A program made the translations under genes and the position numbers. Positions 60,777 to 64,000 of a DNA stretch of 64,000 nucleotides are shown piece by piece; position 1 is the first letter of the stretch; each line of letters opens with the position of its first letter. This DNA is from Gammaproteobacteria bacterium (GTDB lineage: Bacteria > Pseudomonadota > Gammaproteobacteria > Ga0077536): positions 137,736 through 201,735 of the forward strand of contig JACPPA010000033.1 in assembly GCA_016191285.1 (NCBI GenBank), written 5' to 3'. Below the pieces are notes generated by a model. It did no database searches, was not told the DNA's origin, and saw only the letters and a list, made by a program, of their open reading frames with translations.

Positions 60777-61442
60777 GTGAGGACTAACAACGATTCGGTC
60801 ATTCGAACCGGCGATTCGTCGCTCCGGCGCGCGGCGCGTATGGCGCCCGACGCGCGCCGCGAACATTTATTGCGTGCGGCCATCCGTGTGTTTGCCGCTA
60901 AGGGCATTGGTGACGCACGTCATACGGATTTAGCGCACGAGGCCGGCGTGGCGGTCCCGACGACCTTTCACTACTACCCCACCAAGGCCGACTTACAAAG
61001 CGCCGTACTCAATCAGATCTCGCGCTTCCTACTCGAAGACATCGTCGCGCCGCAGTTGGCGAGCGCGGCGTCCGCCCCTGAGCTGATAGAAAATATTTTG
61101 ATGACGTTTTGCGACGCAATCGACGCCAACCCCGATCACATCCGCGTCTGGCTCGAATGGAGCGTCTCGATCCGCGACGGCCTATGGGATTCCTATCTGG
61201 TGTTTTATCGCAAGGCGTTAACGATAATCGGCGGCTTGATTGCACGTGGCCAAGCCGACGGCGCAATAAAGCCGCATATCGACACTGAAGACGCCGCGCG
61301 TGTGCTCGTCGGCCTGGCGCACATGATCGTGCAGATGAAGTTCGCGGGTAGCACACGCGCCCAAGTCATCCATACCGTGCACTCGCTGGTGCAAGGTTAT
61401 CTTGAAGCACATCCAACCCCAAGCGAGCACGCTAACAATTAG
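60777..61442 (+). CDS. TetR-family regulator, Vibrio LuxR/HapR/SmcR-like
   Basis: VFAAKGIG..RHTDLA..AGVAVPTTFHYYPT HTH; C-domain VWLEWSVSIRDGLW. Confidence 0.85.
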   Translation: MRTNNDSVIRTGDSSLRRAARMAPDARREHLLRAAIRVFAAKGIGDARHTDLAHEAGVAVPTTFHYYPTKADLQSAVLNQISRFLLEDIVAPQLASAASAPELIENILMTFCDAIDANPDHIRVWLEWSVSIRDGLWDSYLVFYRKALTIIGGLIARGQADGAIKPHIDTEDAARVLVGLAHMIVQMKFAGSTRAQVIHTVHSLVQGYLEAHPTPSEHANN

Positions 61443-61456
61443 CCAGGAGTCTTGAT

Positions 61457-62188
61457 ATGCATGCTGGATACCTAGAGCAAATGCGCAACGTGGAACTCGC
61501 GCCGGAGCGGCGGGCGTTTCTGCGCGGCCTGGGCACAATCGCGCTTGCTGCGGCGGGTGCTAGCGCCTTCGCAAACAACTCGACCCCCACGGGCTTCAAA
61601 GGCAGCGGGCGCATGAACATCGCGAGTGGCGAGGACTGGATCGATACGTTTTTCAACGGCGGCGCGGAAGCGATCATCCACTACTACGCCGACGAATTCG
61701 TGTTCGAAGATATCACGCTATTCCAGACCATCAATACCAAGGAAGATCTCTATCGCGCGTTCCTTCCTTTCAACAACGCGGGCCCCGATTCACCGGCCGG
61801 CGTGCATCAATTCGACGTCGTTCGTTACGACGGGGGTCTCGCCTCCGACATGCGTGGGATCAAGCGCCAAGGCGTGCCCGAGAACTACACGCCCGAGCTA
61901 TGGCATGATCTGACCAAGGATGTGCTGCTTGGCGCCGAATTTGATTACGAGGAGTGGGCGGTCATGAACTGGATCTGGAAGGCCAAACACAATATGGATT
62001 TCCTGGGGCTGCCAGCCAAAGGCAAAACCACCCATACGCGCGGCACGACGTTTCATATGTACAAGAATCGCAAAATCGTTCGCGAATTTACTTTCTGGAA
62101 TTTCCGCCATGTCGCAATCCAGCTCGGCGCTCTCGAGCCGCAGGTCAAGTTTTGGCTGAAGGATTTCAAGCCACCTGCGGCGAAATAA
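61457..62188 (+). CDS. Tat-signal SnoaL/NTF2-like fold protein
   Basis: ERRAFLRGLG...ASAFA twin-arginine signal; YADEFVFED, FLGLPAKGK...RG, KIVRE..FW. Confidence 0.72.
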   Translation: MHAGYLEQMRNVELAPERRAFLRGLGTIALAAAGASAFANNSTPTGFKGSGRMNIASGEDWIDTFFNGGAEAIIHYYADEFVFEDITLFQTINTKEDLYRAFLPFNNAGPDSPAGVHQFDVVRYDGGLASDMRGIKRQGVPENYTPELWHDLTKDVLLGAEFDYEEWAVMNWIWKAKHNMDFLGLPAKGKTTHTRGTTFHMYKNRKIVREFTFWNFRHVAIQLGALEPQVKFWLKDFKPPAAK

Positions 62189-62237
62189 AAGGCACCAAGG
62201 GAAGTGTGGTCGCGACTCTGCTGTGCGCGGCCAAGGC

Positions 62238-62696
62238 TCAAGTGGATTGGTACCCTTTCGGATATTGAATGAATTCAAACAAGATGCCGAGAATTGAGGC
62301 CGGATGCGAAAACGTGAATTGGATATCATCCGAAAACGCGCGGCCCGCGTAATCCACACCGTTTAGCTGCTGACGCATCGGAGCGTCGCCGACGAAGCGC
62401 ACGGCTTTCTTACGCAGTGTGCTCATGGTGTCTGCGAGATCGTCCACGGCAAACGCAATGTGGTGTAGTCCTTCGCCGCGCTTCTTGATGAAGTCCGCGA
62501 TAATGCCACTGTCGGCGGTAGGCTCCATCAATTCGAAGTCAATCTTGCCCACGCGACACATGCGATAGCGCATCGCATAGTCAGCGACTTCGGTAACGTC
62601 GCCGACGGTGGCACTAAATAACGTGACCAGCAATTGTGTCGCCTGATTTAAATCGCGCACTGCCACCCCGATTTCTGTAATGCGTTGGATATCCAT
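62238..62696 (-). CDS. VOC family protein (methylmalonyl-CoA epimerase-like)
   Basis: IGVAVRDL, ELMEP, FIKKRGEGLHHIAFAVDD, HP....G.L.E. Confidence 0.85.
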   Translation of the reverse strand: MDIQRITEIGVAVRDLNQATQLLVTLFSATVGDVTEVADYAMRYRMCRVGKIDFELMEPTADSGIIADFIKKRGEGLHHIAFAVDDLADTMSTLRKKAVRFVGDAPMRQQLNGVDYAGRAFSDDIQFTFSHPASILGILFEFIQYPKGYQST

Positions 62697-62820
62697 GCGT
62701 CACGCTCTCTTTCGTGTTGTATCTCATTCGGAGACGAAATCGGACAATCGCACACACGCCCGCGGAAAATCTTCTTGGAAACTTGCATGACAGTGCATAC
62801 CAAACGCGTTCATTCAAAAT

Positions 62821-62931
62821 GACTAACGCCCTGCCCTACCCACTACGTTGTCGGCGCCTTAGCTTAGCGCCCGCGGATCGCTGAGCGTCAGTTTATCGAC
62901 TTTGGCCAAGGCCGGTGCGCTTGTTATGTGC
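62821..62931 (-). other. Degenerate attC-like site
   Basis: Minus strand GCACATAAC-AAGCGCA...AACTGACG...GGCGTTAGTC (R'' and R' boxes); core irregular. Confidence 0.5.
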
Positions 62932-62988
62932 CGGATTGAACTCTACCATGTGTAATACATACGATAAGTGTACACACGGGGTGTAGCG

Positions 62989-63183
62989 ATGAGAACCAAT
63001 ATTGTTATAGACGACAAGCTCATTTCCGCGGCAATCAAAGCTACTGGCGCCAGCTCCAAGAAAGAGGCCGTCGAGCTCGGCCTGAAAGCCCTGGTCCAGT
63101 TAAAAAGGCAGGAGTCCATCCGTGGAATGCGCGGCAAATTGAAGTGGCGCGATGATTTGGACCGGATGCGCCTTGATCCATGA
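62989..63183 (+). CDS. vapB: VapB-type antitoxin
   Basis: MRTNIVIDDKLI..A...TG..SKKE.VE.GL; ATGA overlap with the PIN gene. Confidence 0.9.
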   Translation: MRTNIVIDDKLISAAIKATGASSKKEAVELGLKALVQLKRQESIRGMRGKLKWRDDLDRMRLDP

Positions 63184-63581
63184 TCTTGGTAGATTCCAGC
63201 GTCTGGGTCGATTACTTCAATGGTACGGCATCTAGCGAAACGGATTTTCTCGATGCCGCGCTTGGTGCCGAGCCCATTGCAATTGGAGATTTGATTTTAG
63301 TCGAAGTGCTACAAGGCTTTCGAAGTAACTCAGATTACGATACCGCAAAGGCCTTGCTCCTGAACCTGACTTGTTTCGATTTACTCGGTACCAAAATCGC
63401 AATCAAGGCTGCGTATAACTATCGAACGCTGCGTCGGCGAGGCGTTACGGTCAGAAAAACTGTTGATTGCATCATCGCGACGTTTTGTATCGAGCGCAAT
63501 ATTCCTCTCCTCTACACCGATCGCGACTTTAACCCGTTCGTGAAGAGCCTCGGGCTTATCTCTGCTCTTCGTGGCCCATAA
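63180..63581 (+). CDS. vapC: VapC PIN-domain toxin
   Basis: MILVDSSVWVDY, EVLQG, RKTVDCIIA, DRDF. Confidence 0.93.
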   Translation: MILVDSSVWVDYFNGTASSETDFLDAALGAEPIAIGDLILVEVLQGFRSNSDYDTAKALLLNLTCFDLLGTKIAIKAAYNYRTLRRRGVTVRKTVDCIIATFCIERNIPLLYTDRDFNPFVKSLGLISALRGP

Positions 63582-63671
63582 CGCTCGCGGTGACCTGCGC
63601 CGGCCGCTGCACTAGTCTCGCGCAGCGCCACCGCGTATTTCCCGGCGTCAGTTCGATGCGCTGATTAAAAC
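63575..63671 (-). other. attC-like integron cassette recombination site
   Basis: Minus strand TTTTAAT-CAGCGCATCGAACTGACGCCGG...CCGGCGCAGGTCACCGCGAGC-GTTATGG; imperfect palindrome with degenerate R''. Confidence 0.65.
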
Positions 63672-64000
63672 GCTCGTTCATTTTCGAATGAGTGTTTTCT
63701 AATTTGGAATTGAATTCCATACCGCAACGATTACTTGATTTTCTCCCCTGCCCATCTTTGCCCTAGCACGGTGGCCGAGAACTCCTATGGACCTCAGCTC
63801 TCAGTAGACCACATTAGTATGTACGCCAGTACCGATAGCGAAACTCGCAAGTATTGCGACGAATCAAAAGGCATTCGTGGAATATCTTATCCACCACCGT
63901 TCATTCATGGCCAATTGATCCCAAAACGGCCGGTAAAAAATACAAAGGCGATCGGGCTACCTCCAACGGTAGCTAAGATCACCTGCGACAATTGCATGTG

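Overview
GC-rich bacterial chromosome segment; gene order and protein style suggest a gammaproteobacterium. (1) 1-4.6 kb: a cytochrome b561 gene, truncated by the window edge, whose 5' end is interrupted by a 265-bp TA-flanked MITE. It is followed by a six-gene envelope operon: L,D-transpeptidase, DUF302, MotA/TolQ/ExbB-type subunit, a single-TM partner and two paralogous membrane proteins. (2) 4.7-28.5 kb: the conserved housekeeping cluster rpsB-tsf-pyrH-frr-uppS-cdsA-dxr-rseP-bamA-skp-fabZ-lpxA-lpxB-rnhB-dnaE-accA-tilS on the minus strand, with lpxD absent, plus divergent map-glnD-mutH. (3) 28.6-64 kb: accessory region with many catabolic oxidoreductases and hydrolases (four luciferase-like monooxygenases, acyl-CoA enzymes, a P450), an MNT-HEPN toxin-antitoxin pair, a split DZR/cyclase/STAND-ATPase gene, and a type I R-M locus with intercalated Fic and DUF559 genes. 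It also holds an orphan COX3/COX4-like module, a Vibrio LuxR/HapR-like TetR regulator with a matching operator, and a vapBC pair bounded by attC-like sites. Strongest novelty candidates: the LuxR/HapR-like regulator with its operator and catabolic cluster; the DUF559 nuclease flanked by G/C-tract palindromes that also sit in-frame inside hsdS; and the unassigned MotA-type operon. All calls come from reading motifs by eye; no database searches were run.
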